From Propionicimonas sp. (GTDB lineage: Bacteria > Actinomycetota > Actinomycetes > Propionibacteriales > Propionibacteriaceae): a DNA stretch of 44,179 nucleotides. This document shows, piece after piece, positions 27,695 to 35,856 of this stretch (positions are counted from its first letter, which is position 1; each line of letters opens with the position of its first letter). Location of the stretch: positions 1 through 44,179 of the forward strand of contig JAXGTK010000001.1 in NCBI GenBank assembly GCA_040774965.1, given 5' to 3'. The notes below the pieces were generated by a model. The model had not been told where the DNA came from. It worked only from the letters and a program-made list of their open reading frames with translations, and did not search any database. The translations under genes and the position numbers were made by a program.

Positions 27695-27910
27695 GTCGAC
27701 TCAAATGTACGGGCAGCACCAAGGTGTGCGGCTCCGGGAAACCCCCGGTCGGGCCCGGGATGTGCGGTTCACGGGCAGGCCGGTCGGTGCTGGTCGCCCG
27801 CTGTGCGGGCCGGACCTGACCGCAGGGCCTCGGCCCGGGTTCAGGGAATATCGGCGGAGTTCGGCACGGCAGGGCGTGTGACCAGAAAGTGAAAATGCAT
27901 TTCCGGGCGG

Positions 27911-27999
27911 TGTCACCCGAACGTGTGACACCCGTGCGAATGACACGAAACGGCTTGTCACCCGCCTGAAGGTCACCCGCAGGAATGACTTTTGTCACA
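27911..27999. promoter_or_regulatory. 15-bp-periodic array of TG(T/A)CACCCG-like motifs
   Basis: TGTCACCCG 27911, TGACACCCG 27926, TGACACGAA 27941, TGTCACCCG 27956, GGTCACCCG 27971, TGACTTTTG 27986. Confidence 0.75.
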
Positions 28000-28152
28000 T
28001 TTTCCGGGATGGGTTGTACAAATCAATAAAAGTGTGGGTAATGTGGGCCCCGGAACAGCGGGAATGCAGGTTCGGCGATCCGCCAGTCGTCGGGAGGGGC
28101 CTGTCCCGCCCATGGGCCCGGCTGGGGAGCCGGGGGAGGGGATGTCGCAGCG

Positions 28153-28878
28153 ATGCAGGTCAGCAGGAGCCGCAGGGGGCAGCGGGGAGCAGCCGCCGTC
28201 GAGTACGGAATCATCGTCGCGATGGTGAGTGCGGCCGTGATCACTTCGGTCACGGCGCTCGGCGGGGACCTGTCCGACGCGTTCTGCAACACCGCCCAGA
28301 GCCTCGGTTCCGACACGACCTGCGTCCAGAGCGCGGACGCCTCCGGCACGGACTCCAGCGACGCGGACTCGGAGGCGGCGACTCCCGGCTCCGCGACCAG
28401 TGACGCCGGTACGAGCGCGGGGGTGTCCGGCGCCACGGACGCGGGCACGTCGAGCGGATCCACCGCGGAGGCCGCGAACTCCGCCGGCACCATGACCTTC
28501 TACACCGCGGTCGTCGACCAGGACCAGCGCAAGCGCGACCTGTCGGCACGGTTCAACCTCGGCTGGTCCCCGGACAGCTGGAGCAATGTGGAGTACCCCG
28601 AATCGGTCACTGTCGACGTCACCTGGACCCCCGCGCTGGAGGTCGACCAGGTGATCACCGGCGAGACCGGGAAGTGGGAGTACACGCTGGTCGAGCCCGG
28701 TCACCTGACGTTGACCCGTACCGGCACCCTCGACACGGGCGGGTTCAACCCTGAGCCGGAGATCCTGCTGGTCAAGTCCGACACCACCGAGAACGTGACG
28801 GTCACCTTCACCGCGACGGCGTCGAACACTCCTTCGGTGACCGAGACCTCCACGACGACGTCGGTTCCGTACAAGTGA
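28153..28878 (+). CDS. Flp/Fap (Tad) pilin-like N-terminus fused to a Ser/Thr/Ala linker and a beta-rich C-terminal domain
   Basis: RGQRG|AAAVEYGIIVAMVSAAVITSVTALGGDLSDAF with E+5/Y+6 Flp motif; 241 aa rather than about 60 aa. Confidence 0.85.
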   Translation: MQVSRSRRGQRGAAAVEYGIIVAMVSAAVITSVTALGGDLSDAFCNTAQSLGSDTTCVQSADASGTDSSDADSEAATPGSATSDAGTSAGVSGATDAGTSSGSTAEAANSAGTMTFYTAVVDQDQRKRDLSARFNLGWSPDSWSNVEYPESVTVDVTWTPALEVDQVITGETGKWEYTLVEPGHLTLTRTGTLDTGGFNPEPEILLVKSDTTENVTVTFTATASNTPSVTETSTTTSVPYK

Positions 28879-28889
28879 GCTGATCGGGC

Positions 28890-29657
28890 TCAGCCGAGGA
28901 GCTTGGGGATCTCCTGGGCCAGCACGACCACGCCCATCAGCAGGACGAAGACGCCGAAGCCCTTGCGCAGCGAGCGTTCCTGGATGCGTCCGACCAGGGC
29001 CGAGCCGAGGAACGAGCCGACGATGGCTGCGGCGGTGACCGCGAGTACCACCGGCCAGTCGAGCGAGACCGTGAACAGGTGGGCGACCAGACCGGACGCG
29101 GACTGCATCGCGATCACGAGCAGGGACGTGCCGACGGCGATCGCCATCGGCAGCCCGCCGAGCAGGGCGAGTGCCGGGACGACCAGGAAGCCGCCGCCCG
29201 CACCGACGAGGCTGGTCACGAAGCCGACGCCGAAGCCCTCGCCGATCGTGCGGAAACCCCGGTGCGGGGGCGGTCCGTCGCTGGCAGCAGCCTCCTTGCG
29301 TCCACGCATCATGGCCACGGAGGTGACGATCATCATCGCGGCGAACAGGAGCATCAGCACGACACCGGGGATCTGACCCCCGATCAGGCCGCCGACGAAC
29401 GCGCCCGCCATGCCGGCCAGCCCGAACCCGATGCCCGTGCGCCAGGCGACCCGTCCGGCGCGGGCGTGCCTGGCCATGCCGACCAGCGACGTCACGCCCA
29501 CGACGAACAGCGATGCCGTGATCGCGTGCTGCGGCTCCATGCCCAGCACGTAGGTGAGGATCGGGACGGTGAGGATCGACCCGCCCCCTCCGAGCAGGCC
29601 CAGCGAGACGCCGATGAGGATGGACAGCAGGAGTGTTGCGATCAGGGGCCAGGTCAT
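28890..29657 (-). CDS. TauE/SafE sulfite exporter family protein
   Basis: IGVSLGLLGGGGSILTVP, AITASLFVVG, VGAGGGFLVVPAL, AVGTSL. Confidence 0.93.
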   Translation of the reverse strand: MTWPLIATLLLSILIGVSLGLLGGGGSILTVPILTYVLGMEPQHAITASLFVVGVTSLVGMARHARAGRVAWRTGIGFGLAGMAGAFVGGLIGGQIPGVVLMLLFAAMMIVTSVAMMRGRKEAAASDGPPPHRGFRTIGEGFGVGFVTSLVGAGGGFLVVPALALLGGLPMAIAVGTSLLVIAMQSASGLVAHLFTVSLDWPVVLAVTAAAIVGSFLGSALVGRIQERSLRKGFGVFVLLMGVVVLAQEIPKLLG

Positions 29658-29668
29658 TCCAGAGCTTT

Positions 29669-29965
29669 CTAGACGGTCGGCAGGCCGGCGGCCTGCCAGG
29701 CCATCATCCCCCCACTCATGTTGTGACAGTCAAAACCGGCGGCCTTGAGCAGGGCGGTCGCCCTGGCGCTGCGGGCGCCACTGCGGCAGACCGCGACGAT
29801 CGGCCGGGAGCGGTCGAGTTCGGCCAGGCGCCCGCCGAGCTCGCCGAGCGGGATGTGCACGGTTTCGGCGATGCGGGCCTCGGCGACCTCGTGGGCCTCC
29901 CGGACGTCGACGAGCTGGGCCGTCCCGATGCGCTCGCGGGCCTCGTGGATGCTGATGTCAGGCAA
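29669..29965 (-). CDS. Single-domain rhodanese (sulfurtransferase)
   Basis: LVDVREAHE, HIPLGEL, VCRSGARS, MSGGMMAW. Confidence 0.93.
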   Translation of the reverse strand: MPDISIHEARERIGTAQLVDVREAHEVAEARIAETVHIPLGELGGRLAELDRSRPIVAVCRSGARSARATALLKAAGFDCHNMSGGMMAWQAAGLPTV

Positions 29966-31367
29966 CGCTGATCGCCTCCTTCGAGTCCTCGTGGGCGAGC
30001 CAGCCGAGGTAGCTGCCCTCGAGTTCGACCACGTCGTAGCCGGCCCGGCGCAGAGCGCTCGCCGCGACGCTGACCCGCAGCCCGCTCTGGCAGTAGGTGA
30101 TGATCCTGCCCTCGGTGGGCAGTTCGTCGAGGTGCCACAGGACTCGTCCGCCGCTGAGCTGGACCGAGCCGGGGATGTGGCCGTCGGCGTGCTCGGTCTT
30201 GTTGCGGACGTCGAGCAGCAGGACCCGCTCGGCCCCGTCGAGGTCGGCCTGGGTGAGGACGGCAGGAACGGTCCGGGGCAGTCCGTCGATGCTGGTCGTG
30301 TAGCCGTGCACGGTGTCGATCCCGACCCGGATCAGGTGGTCGCGGTACTCCTGGGCGGTGGCGACGTCGGCGGCGAGCAGGACCAGCGGACGGTGCTCGC
30401 GCTCGGGGTCGTACACCCAGGCCCCGTAGCTCGCGGCCTTGCCGATGCCGGGGATGTTCAGCGAACCGGTGACGGTGCCGGCGTGGACGTCGTGGTGGCT
30501 GCGGGTGTCGACGAAGATCACCTCGTCAGCGGCCAGGCTGTCGGCGAGGTCGGTGTTCCGCCAGGCGACCAGCGCGGCGGGTTCGCCGATCACGGCGGGC
30601 CCCTGGCGGTTCTGCCGCTTCATCCGGCCGAAGTAGGCGTGGGCGTCGGGCTGGCCGTCGAGCAGCGCGGTGACGAAGCCGTCCTCGTCGTTGTCGCGCA
30701 GGTACGGTGCCCACCAGGCGTTCTCGCGCTCGTAGCCGACCGTGGTGGAAGCGATCGAGCCGAGCGCGCGTCCGCAGGCGCTGCCGGAGCCGTGGGCGGG
30801 GTGCACCTGCACGTAGTCGGGCAGGGTCAGGAACTCGTCGCGCAGGCTGGCGAACAGGGCCCGGGCGCCCGCGAAGCGGGTGTTCACCCCGCCGGCGGCC
30901 TCGTCCAGCAGGTCGGGACGGCCGAGGTCGCCGACGAACACGAAGTCGCCGGAGAAGTAGTAGCCGGGCTGGTCGGAGAACGCGCCGTCGGTCACCTGGA
31001 ACGCGAGGTGCTCGGGGGTGTGGCCGGGCGTGTGCCGCGCCTCGACGACGATGTTGCCGAGCCGGATCGCGTCCCCGTGGTGCAGGCGCTCGGCCTCGAA
31101 GCCGTACTGCCAGTCCTCGCCGCCCTCGGCGGAGACGTACATGGTGGCGCCGGTGGCGGCGGCCAGCTCGCGGGTCCCGGAGAGGTAGTCGGCATGGATG
31201 TGGGTCTCCGTGACGGCCACGATCCGCATGCCGTTGCGCCTGGCCAGGTCGAGGTAGGGGTCGAGGTCGCGGCGGGGATCGATCACGATCGCCTCGCCCT
31301 TCGCCTGGCAGCCGACGAAGTAGCTGGCCTGGGCGAGGTCCTCGTCGTAGATGCGCTCGAGAAGCAT
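29958..31367 (-). CDS. MBL-fold persulfide dioxygenase-rhodanese fusion (CstB/Blh-like)
   Basis: ETHIHADYLSG, HTPGHTPEH, SGDFVFVGDLGRPDL, PAHGSGSACG, then two rhodanese domains (last with YCQSGLR). Confidence 0.93.
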   Translation of the reverse strand: MLLERIYDEDLAQASYFVGCQAKGEAIVIDPRRDLDPYLDLARRNGMRIVAVTETHIHADYLSGTRELAAATGATMYVSAEGGEDWQYGFEAERLHHGDAIRLGNIVVEARHTPGHTPEHLAFQVTDGAFSDQPGYYFSGDFVFVGDLGRPDLLDEAAGGVNTRFAGARALFASLRDEFLTLPDYVQVHPAHGSGSACGRALGSIASTTVGYERENAWWAPYLRDNDEDGFVTALLDGQPDAHAYFGRMKRQNRQGPAVIGEPAALVAWRNTDLADSLAADEVIFVDTRSHHDVHAGTVTGSLNIPGIGKAASYGAWVYDPEREHRPLVLLAADVATAQEYRDHLIRVGIDTVHGYTTSIDGLPRTVPAVLTQADLDGAERVLLLDVRNKTEHADGHIPGSVQLSGGRVLWHLDELPTEGRIITYCQSGLRVSVAASALRRAGYDVVELEGSYLGWLAHEDSKEAISVA

Positions 31368-31393
31368 GGTCTCTCCTGAACTGGTTCTCACGT

Positions 31394-31445
31394 ATACCCC
31401 GGGGGGTATCTTCCTCACTCACCATAGGCATACCCATGGGGGTAT
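31394..31445. promoter_or_regulatory. Two CsoR/CstR-type operators
   Basis: ATACCCCGGGGGGTAT (31394-31409) and ATACCCATGGGGGTAT (31430-31445), both ATACCC-N4-GGGTAT. Confidence 0.85.
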
Positions 31446-31557
31446 CGGCAAGGTGGTTCGGGACCGCCCAGCGGGGGGAGTGCGTAGGAGTGCTGAGGGC
31501 ACTCGTCCCACGGCACCCGCGGTCGCCGTCCCCTTCGTACCGGCTAGCCTGAGCGCC

Positions 31558-32511
31558 ATGGCCGATCCGCAGCCCGCCGCATCGAAAGGGGAGGGCACGC
31601 TGACCGTCGTGATCGCCTTCGCCGCCAACCTGCTGATCGCGATCGCCAAGACGGTCGCAGCGGTGGTCACCGGGTCGGCGTCGATGGTGGCCGAGGCCGT
31701 GCACTCCTGGGCCGACAGCGGCAACGAGGTGTTCCTGCTGATCGCCCAGCGGCGCGCCGCCCGTCCGCCGGATCCCGAACACCCGCTCGGCTACGGACGG
31801 GAGATCTACGTCTGGTCGATGTTCGCGGCGATCGGCCTGTTCGCCGTCGGGGCCGGCGTCTCGGTGACGCACGGTGTGCAGGAGCTGCTCGACCCCCAGC
31901 CCGCCGAGGAATTCGCGGTCGCCTACGCCGTGCTCGGGGTCGCTTTCGTCCTGGAGGGCATCTCGTTCCTGCAGGCGAGACGGCACGTGCGCGCAGCCGC
32001 CGCTCGCAACGAGCGTGACCTGTGGACCCAGCTGATGCGTACCTCCGACCCGACGGTGCGGGCCGTCTTCTTCGAGGACGCCGCGGCGCTGGTCGGCGTC
32101 GTGATCGCTGCGGCCGGGATCCTCGGCCACCAGGTCACCGGGTCCGCCGTGCCGGACGCGATCGGCTCGATCCTGGTCGGGCTGCTGCTCGGGGTGGTCG
32201 CCGTCGTGCTGATCGACCGCAACCGGAGCTTCCTCGTCGGCGAGGTCGCCGACAAGCGGGTCTGGAACGCCGCCCTGGCCGCCCTGCTCGAGCAGCCCGT
32301 GGTGGAACGGGTCACCGAGCTGAGGCTGTCGATGGTGGGGCCGGGACAGGTCTTCCTCTCCGGTGCCGTCGACCTCGTCGGCAACCCGGACGAGCGTTCG
32401 GCCGCGGAGCAGCTCGCGGCCCTGGAGCGGGAACTGGTGCGCCGCGACGAGGTGGTGCTGGCGCTGGTCTCGCTGTCCGACCCGAGCGATCCCGCGCTCG
32501 CGCCGCGCTAG
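31558..32511 (+). CDS. Cation diffusion facilitator family transporter
   Basis: ANLLIAIAK, AEAVHSWADSGNE, PDPEHPLGYGRE, VFFEDAAA, DAIGSILVG. Confidence 0.93.
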   Translation: MADPQPAASKGEGTLTVVIAFAANLLIAIAKTVAAVVTGSASMVAEAVHSWADSGNEVFLLIAQRRAARPPDPEHPLGYGREIYVWSMFAAIGLFAVGAGVSVTHGVQELLDPQPAEEFAVAYAVLGVAFVLEGISFLQARRHVRAAAARNERDLWTQLMRTSDPTVRAVFFEDAAALVGVVIAAAGILGHQVTGSAVPDAIGSILVGLLLGVVAVVLIDRNRSFLVGEVADKRVWNAALAALLEQPVVERVTELRLSMVGPGQVFLSGAVDLVGNPDERSAAEQLAALERELVRRDEVVLALVSLSDPSDPALAPR

Positions 32512-33017
32512 CCGACCGCGCGTTCCACCAGGACGCGCACGGGCACGTTCAGTGACCGTCCCACCACGCAGTAGCGCTCGGTGGAGGTCGCCAGCCGGAG
32601 CAGGTCGGCCTCGGACGCGTCGGTGTCGAGGACGGCCGTGACCACGACGTCGCGGATCCCGACGGGCACCTCGCGGTCGACGCCGAGGGTGCCGCGGGCG
32701 TCGTAGGCGCCGGTCGCGGTGAAGGTGGCCTCGCGCACGTCGAGGCCCATCACCGTGGCCACGCTGCGCATGGTCACGCCGGCACACCCGAGCAGCGCCT
32801 GCAGGAGCATGTCGGCGGAGCAGGCGTCGCTGCCGTCGCCACCGGTGGCGGTGTGCAGCCCGGCGCGCACCGGGCCCGCCCAGCCCTCGACGGTGCACGT
32901 GATGCCGGGCTCGGTCCAGCCGGCCCGCGCGCTCAGGGCGGCGAGCGCGCGGGAGGGATCGGCGCGGTAGCGCGCCCGCAGCGGTGCCTGTGCGGCCCTC
33001 AGTGACTCACGATCCAT
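32508..33017 (-). CDS. OsmC-family protein
   Basis: LRAAQAPLRARYR, GLHTATGGDG..CSADMLLQALLGCAGVT, TERYCVV. Confidence 0.9.
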   Translation of the reverse strand: MDRESLRAAQAPLRARYRADPSRALAALSARAGWTEPGITCTVEGWAGPVRAGLHTATGGDGSDACSADMLLQALLGCAGVTMRSVATVMGLDVREATFTATGAYDARGTLGVDREVPVGIRDVVVTAVLDTDASEADLLRLATSTERYCVVGRSLNVPVRVLVERAVG

Positions 33018-33094
33018 CGCGCCAGTATGGGCGCTGGACCGCGACGGGACCAGCGGCCGAGGTGTCCGGCTGCCGGCGGCGTCCCGCGCCGGCC

Positions 33095-34018
33095 TCAGTC
33101 GCCGATCGTGTCCCGGGCGCGCTTCACGATCAGCGGGTCGGGCACCCCGACGACCGAGGCGTCCTTGTCCTCGTAGTCGAACTGGCTCAGGAAGTGCCGC
33201 ATCGCGTTCAGCCGGGCTCGCTTCTTGTCGTTGCTGCGCACGGTCGTCCAGGGGGCGTGGTCGGTGTCGGTCCGGGTGAACATGGCCTCCTTGGCCGCGC
33301 CGTAGGCGTCCCAGCGGTCCAGCGACTCCAGGTCCATCGGCGAGAGCTTCCAGCGCCGCACCGGGTCGATCTGGCGGATGGCGAACCGGGTGCGCTGCTC
33401 GCGGCGGGTGACCGAGAACCAGAACTTGGTCAGGTGGATGCCGGCCTCGACGATCAGCCGCTCGAACTGCGGCACCTGGGCCATGAAGCTCTCGTACTGG
33501 GCGTCGGTGCAGAAACCCATCACCCGCTCGACACCGGCCCGGTTGTACCAGGAACGGTCGAACAGCACCATCTCGCCGGAGGTGGGGAAGTGCTGGACGT
33601 AGCGCTGGAAGTACCACTGGCCCTGCTCGCGCGTCGTCGGCCTGGTCAGCGCCACCACGGTCGCCGCGCGCGGGTTGAGGTGCTCGGTGAACCGCTTGAT
33701 GGTGCCGCCCTTGCCGGCGGCGTCGCGTCCCTCGAACAGGATGATGTGGCGGATGTCGTGGTCCTGGCTCCAGTACTGCAGCTTCAGCAGCTCGATCTGC
33801 AGCAGGTACTTCTCCTGCTCGTACTCGTCGCGGTCGAGGAGTTCGGGGTAGGGGTAGTCCTCGCGCCACGTCTCCACAGCCCGTCCGAGCGGGTCGATCA
33901 GCACCGGGTCGGGGCTGTCCCCGTCCGCAACCGTGTACCCCTGCGCGACCAGGCGGTCGATGAACTCCCTCAGGTTCTCGTCGACGTCGGGCTGGACGTC
34001 GTCCAGATCGGTGTCCAT
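33095..34018 (-). CDS. ppk2: Polyphosphate kinase 2 (class I)
   Basis: FEGRDAAGKGGTIK, QWYFQRY, FDRSWYNRAGVERVMGFC, WKLSPMD, SNDKKRARLN. Confidence 0.96.
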   Translation of the reverse strand: MDTDLDDVQPDVDENLREFIDRLVAQGYTVADGDSPDPVLIDPLGRAVETWREDYPYPELLDRDEYEQEKYLLQIELLKLQYWSQDHDIRHIILFEGRDAAGKGGTIKRFTEHLNPRAATVVALTRPTTREQGQWYFQRYVQHFPTSGEMVLFDRSWYNRAGVERVMGFCTDAQYESFMAQVPQFERLIVEAGIHLTKFWFSVTRREQRTRFAIRQIDPVRRWKLSPMDLESLDRWDAYGAAKEAMFTRTDTDHAPWTTVRSNDKKRARLNAMRHFLSQFDYEDKDASVVGVPDPLIVKRARDTIGD

Positions 34019-34166
34019 CGTTCGCTTTCCTCCCGCATGCCGCTCAACGTCCGCTCGCGGTTCGACGATCCCGCGCCCGACCCGGCGGGTCAAGCGGCGC
34101 GCGGCGGGTTCACCCGACGGACCGGAGCTGTTCACCGGATCGGCGCCGCCCGGGCCCGGACGACGG

Positions 34167-34183
34167 CTTCACGAAGGCTTCAC
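34167..34183 (+). promoter_or_regulatory. OmpR-type direct repeat CTTCAC-N5-CTTCAC
   Basis: CTTCAC at 34167 and 34178 (11-bp period), upstream of the secreted protein at 34262. Confidence 0.6.
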
Positions 34184-34261
34184 GCCAGCCACGCGGACGC
34201 ATCATCGGGCCCGGCTCTACTGGTGTTCATCAACGAACCGAACCCACGAAAAGGAGTGGAC

Positions 34262-34777
34262 ATGTTCAGCAAGAAGATCGTTCTGGGAGTCAGCGGGACC
34301 ATGGTCGTCCTCGCCACCACCCTCGGAGTGGCCAGCATCGCGAGTGCCGAGACCACGACCCCGAGCCCGAGTGCCACCGCCAGCCAGGCCTACCAGCGTG
34401 GCGCGGGCTACGGCCGGGCCGACACCGACGGCACCGTGCGTGGGTCGGGCTACGGCCGGACGGCGAGCGAGGCGAACGAGAACGCCGGGCTCCGCAACGG
34501 CATGGGCTACGGCGCCGTCGCCCTGCAGTCCGAACTGGCCGACCAGCTCGGGGTGAGCCAGGACGCGGTCGCCGCGGCCATGCAGGCCTACCACGCGGAC
34601 AACGCCTCGGAGACCCGCGGGCGTGACCTGACCGACGAGCAGCGCGACGCGGAGCACGCCGACCTGGCGAAGTTCCTGGCCAGCGAGCTGAAGGTCGACG
34701 AGGCGAAGGTGCTCGAGATCCTGGACTCCCACGAGTCCGGCACCGGCACCGGCCAGGGATGGGGCGCCAATCGCTGA
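34262..34777 (+). CDS. Secreted protein with GxGYG repeats and two helical repeats
   Basis: AAGGAG RBS; signal peptide MFSKKIVLG...ASIASA; RGAGYGR/RGSGYGR/NGMGYG; LADQLGVSQDAV and LASELKVDEAKV. Confidence 0.85.
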   Translation: MFSKKIVLGVSGTMVVLATTLGVASIASAETTTPSPSATASQAYQRGAGYGRADTDGTVRGSGYGRTASEANENAGLRNGMGYGAVALQSELADQLGVSQDAVAAAMQAYHADNASETRGRDLTDEQRDAEHADLAKFLASELKVDEAKVLEILDSHESGTGTGQGWGANR

Positions 34778-34792
34778 CCCCCGACCTCCTCA

Positions 34793-34854
34793 CGCACAGC
34801 CACACACGGAACGGCCGGCCCGTTCGGGCCGGGCGTTCCGTGTGTGGCTGTGCG
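34793..34854. terminator. Long hairpin between convergent genes (likely bidirectional terminator)
   Basis: 30-bp arm CGCACAGCCACACACGGAACGGCCGGCCCG and its reverse complement with one mismatch. Confidence 0.75.
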
Positions 34855-34884
34855 GGTGTGTGCGTTGAAGCGCGTCCCCCGGAT

Positions 34885-35346
34885 TCAGTTGCCGCGGTTG
34901 CGCTGCGGGGTCCCGGTGGGCGTCGCGGTGGGCGAGGACGTGGCGCGGGCGCGCTCGCGGGTCTGGTCCTTCGCCTCGGCACTCGTCGAGCAGGTGGCGG
35001 TCTTCGTCTGGGTCTTGGTCCTGGTCTGCGTCTGGGCTTGGCTCGCACTGGCCGTGGCCGTGGCGGTCTGGGCCCTGGTGCGCTCCCGGTCCTGCGACGG
35101 CGTGCCGGTCGGGCTCGCGGTGGGGGTGCAGGTGGGCGTCCCGGTGGCTGAGGCGGTCGGATCCTGAATCCGGTCGCGGTCCCGGATCGGGGTGCCGGTC
35201 GGGCTCGCGGTGGGGGACGCAGTGGCGACCCGGTCCTGCTGCCGGGTCTGGTCACGATCGCCGTTGACGGCCAGTGCCGTGCCGGCGGTCGCAGCTCCGA
35301 CGCCGACGATGACCGCGACTGCGATCCCGATCCCTGGCATGTGCAT
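34885..35346 (-). CDS. Secreted Thr/Pro-rich low-complexity protein
   Basis: AAGGAG RBS; signal-like N-terminus ending TALA; repeats of TASPTGTP and DRDR/QTR motifs. Confidence 0.75.
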   Translation of the reverse strand: MHMPGIGIAVAVIVGVGAATAGTALAVNGDRDQTRQQDRVATASPTASPTGTPIRDRDRIQDPTASATGTPTCTPTASPTGTPSQDRERTRAQTATATASASQAQTQTRTKTQTKTATCSTSAEAKDQTRERARATSSPTATPTGTPQRNRGN

Positions 35347-35412
35347 GTCGTTCACTCCTTCGATGCTCGGCCGCGAACGGGGGGCCGCGGCGTCTCCACC
35401 GTCCCGCCCGGG

Positions 35413-35452
35413 GATGAAAACCGGGCGAAAGGAGGATGAAGAACCTTTCATC
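35413..35452 (-). promoter_or_regulatory. 11-bp-periodic YTTCAT-like repeats upstream of the Thr-rich protein
   Basis: Plus-strand ATGAA 35414, GCGAA 35425, ATGAA 35436, and an inverted TTTCATC at 35446. Confidence 0.5.
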
Positions 35453-35460
35453 TGGTGGCG

Positions 35461-35856
35461 TCAGCGGCCGGATCCCTTGCCGCTGGGCGGCCCGCCCCGG
35501 CCCGTTCCCGTCCCCGAGGCGTCGCCGGACCGGCGGGGAGTGCCGGTGCGGGAGGCGGTCGGTGCAGGGGCGCTCGACGGCCGGGTCGTCGTGGTCTGGT
35601 TCGGGACGGCCGAGGACGTGCGGGTCCGCGGGACGACCGGGGTCGGCTGCACCGCCGTCGGCGACGTCGTCACGCCAGGGGTCGGCGTCGCCGCCGTGGA
35701 GGATCCGGACGGGCCGGGAGAGAGGACGACGGCCGGCTCGCCGCCGTCCCAGCGGTCCGTCCCCGCGGCCAGGCCGGCCAGGGTAACGCACACGGCGACG
35801 AGCGGGACGCCGGCAGCCCATGCCACCCACGTCAGCCTCCGGCCCGGGGCGGTCAC
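35461..35856 (-). CDS. Membrane-anchored Pro/Thr/Ser-rich protein coupled to the response regulator
   Basis: GTGA overlap with the regulator stop; N-terminal TM WVAWAAGVPLVAVCVTLAGLAA. Confidence 0.65.
   Translation of the reverse strand: MTAPGRRLTWVAWAAGVPLVAVCVTLAGLAAGTDRWDGGEPAVVLSPGPSGSSTAATPTPGVTTSPTAVQPTPVVPRTRTSSAVPNQTTTTRPSSAPAPTASRTGTPRRSGDASGTGTGRGGPPSGKGSGR

Noticed and set aside
27911-27999. BldD box, CRP site or CRISPR
   Set aside because: The GTCAC..GTGAC spacing is N8, not BldD's N5; it does not match TGTGA-N6-TCACA; the period is far too short for CRISPR.
28040-28152. Cyclic dinucleotide riboswitch upstream of the Flp gene
   Set aside because: No recognisable c-di-GMP or c-di-AMP consensus by eye; an Infernal/Rfam scan would be decisive.
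23394-28889. Mobile island carrying the GTPase operon
   Set aside because: No integrase, transposase, tRNA or flanking direct repeats seen; the coding regions look host-like in GC.
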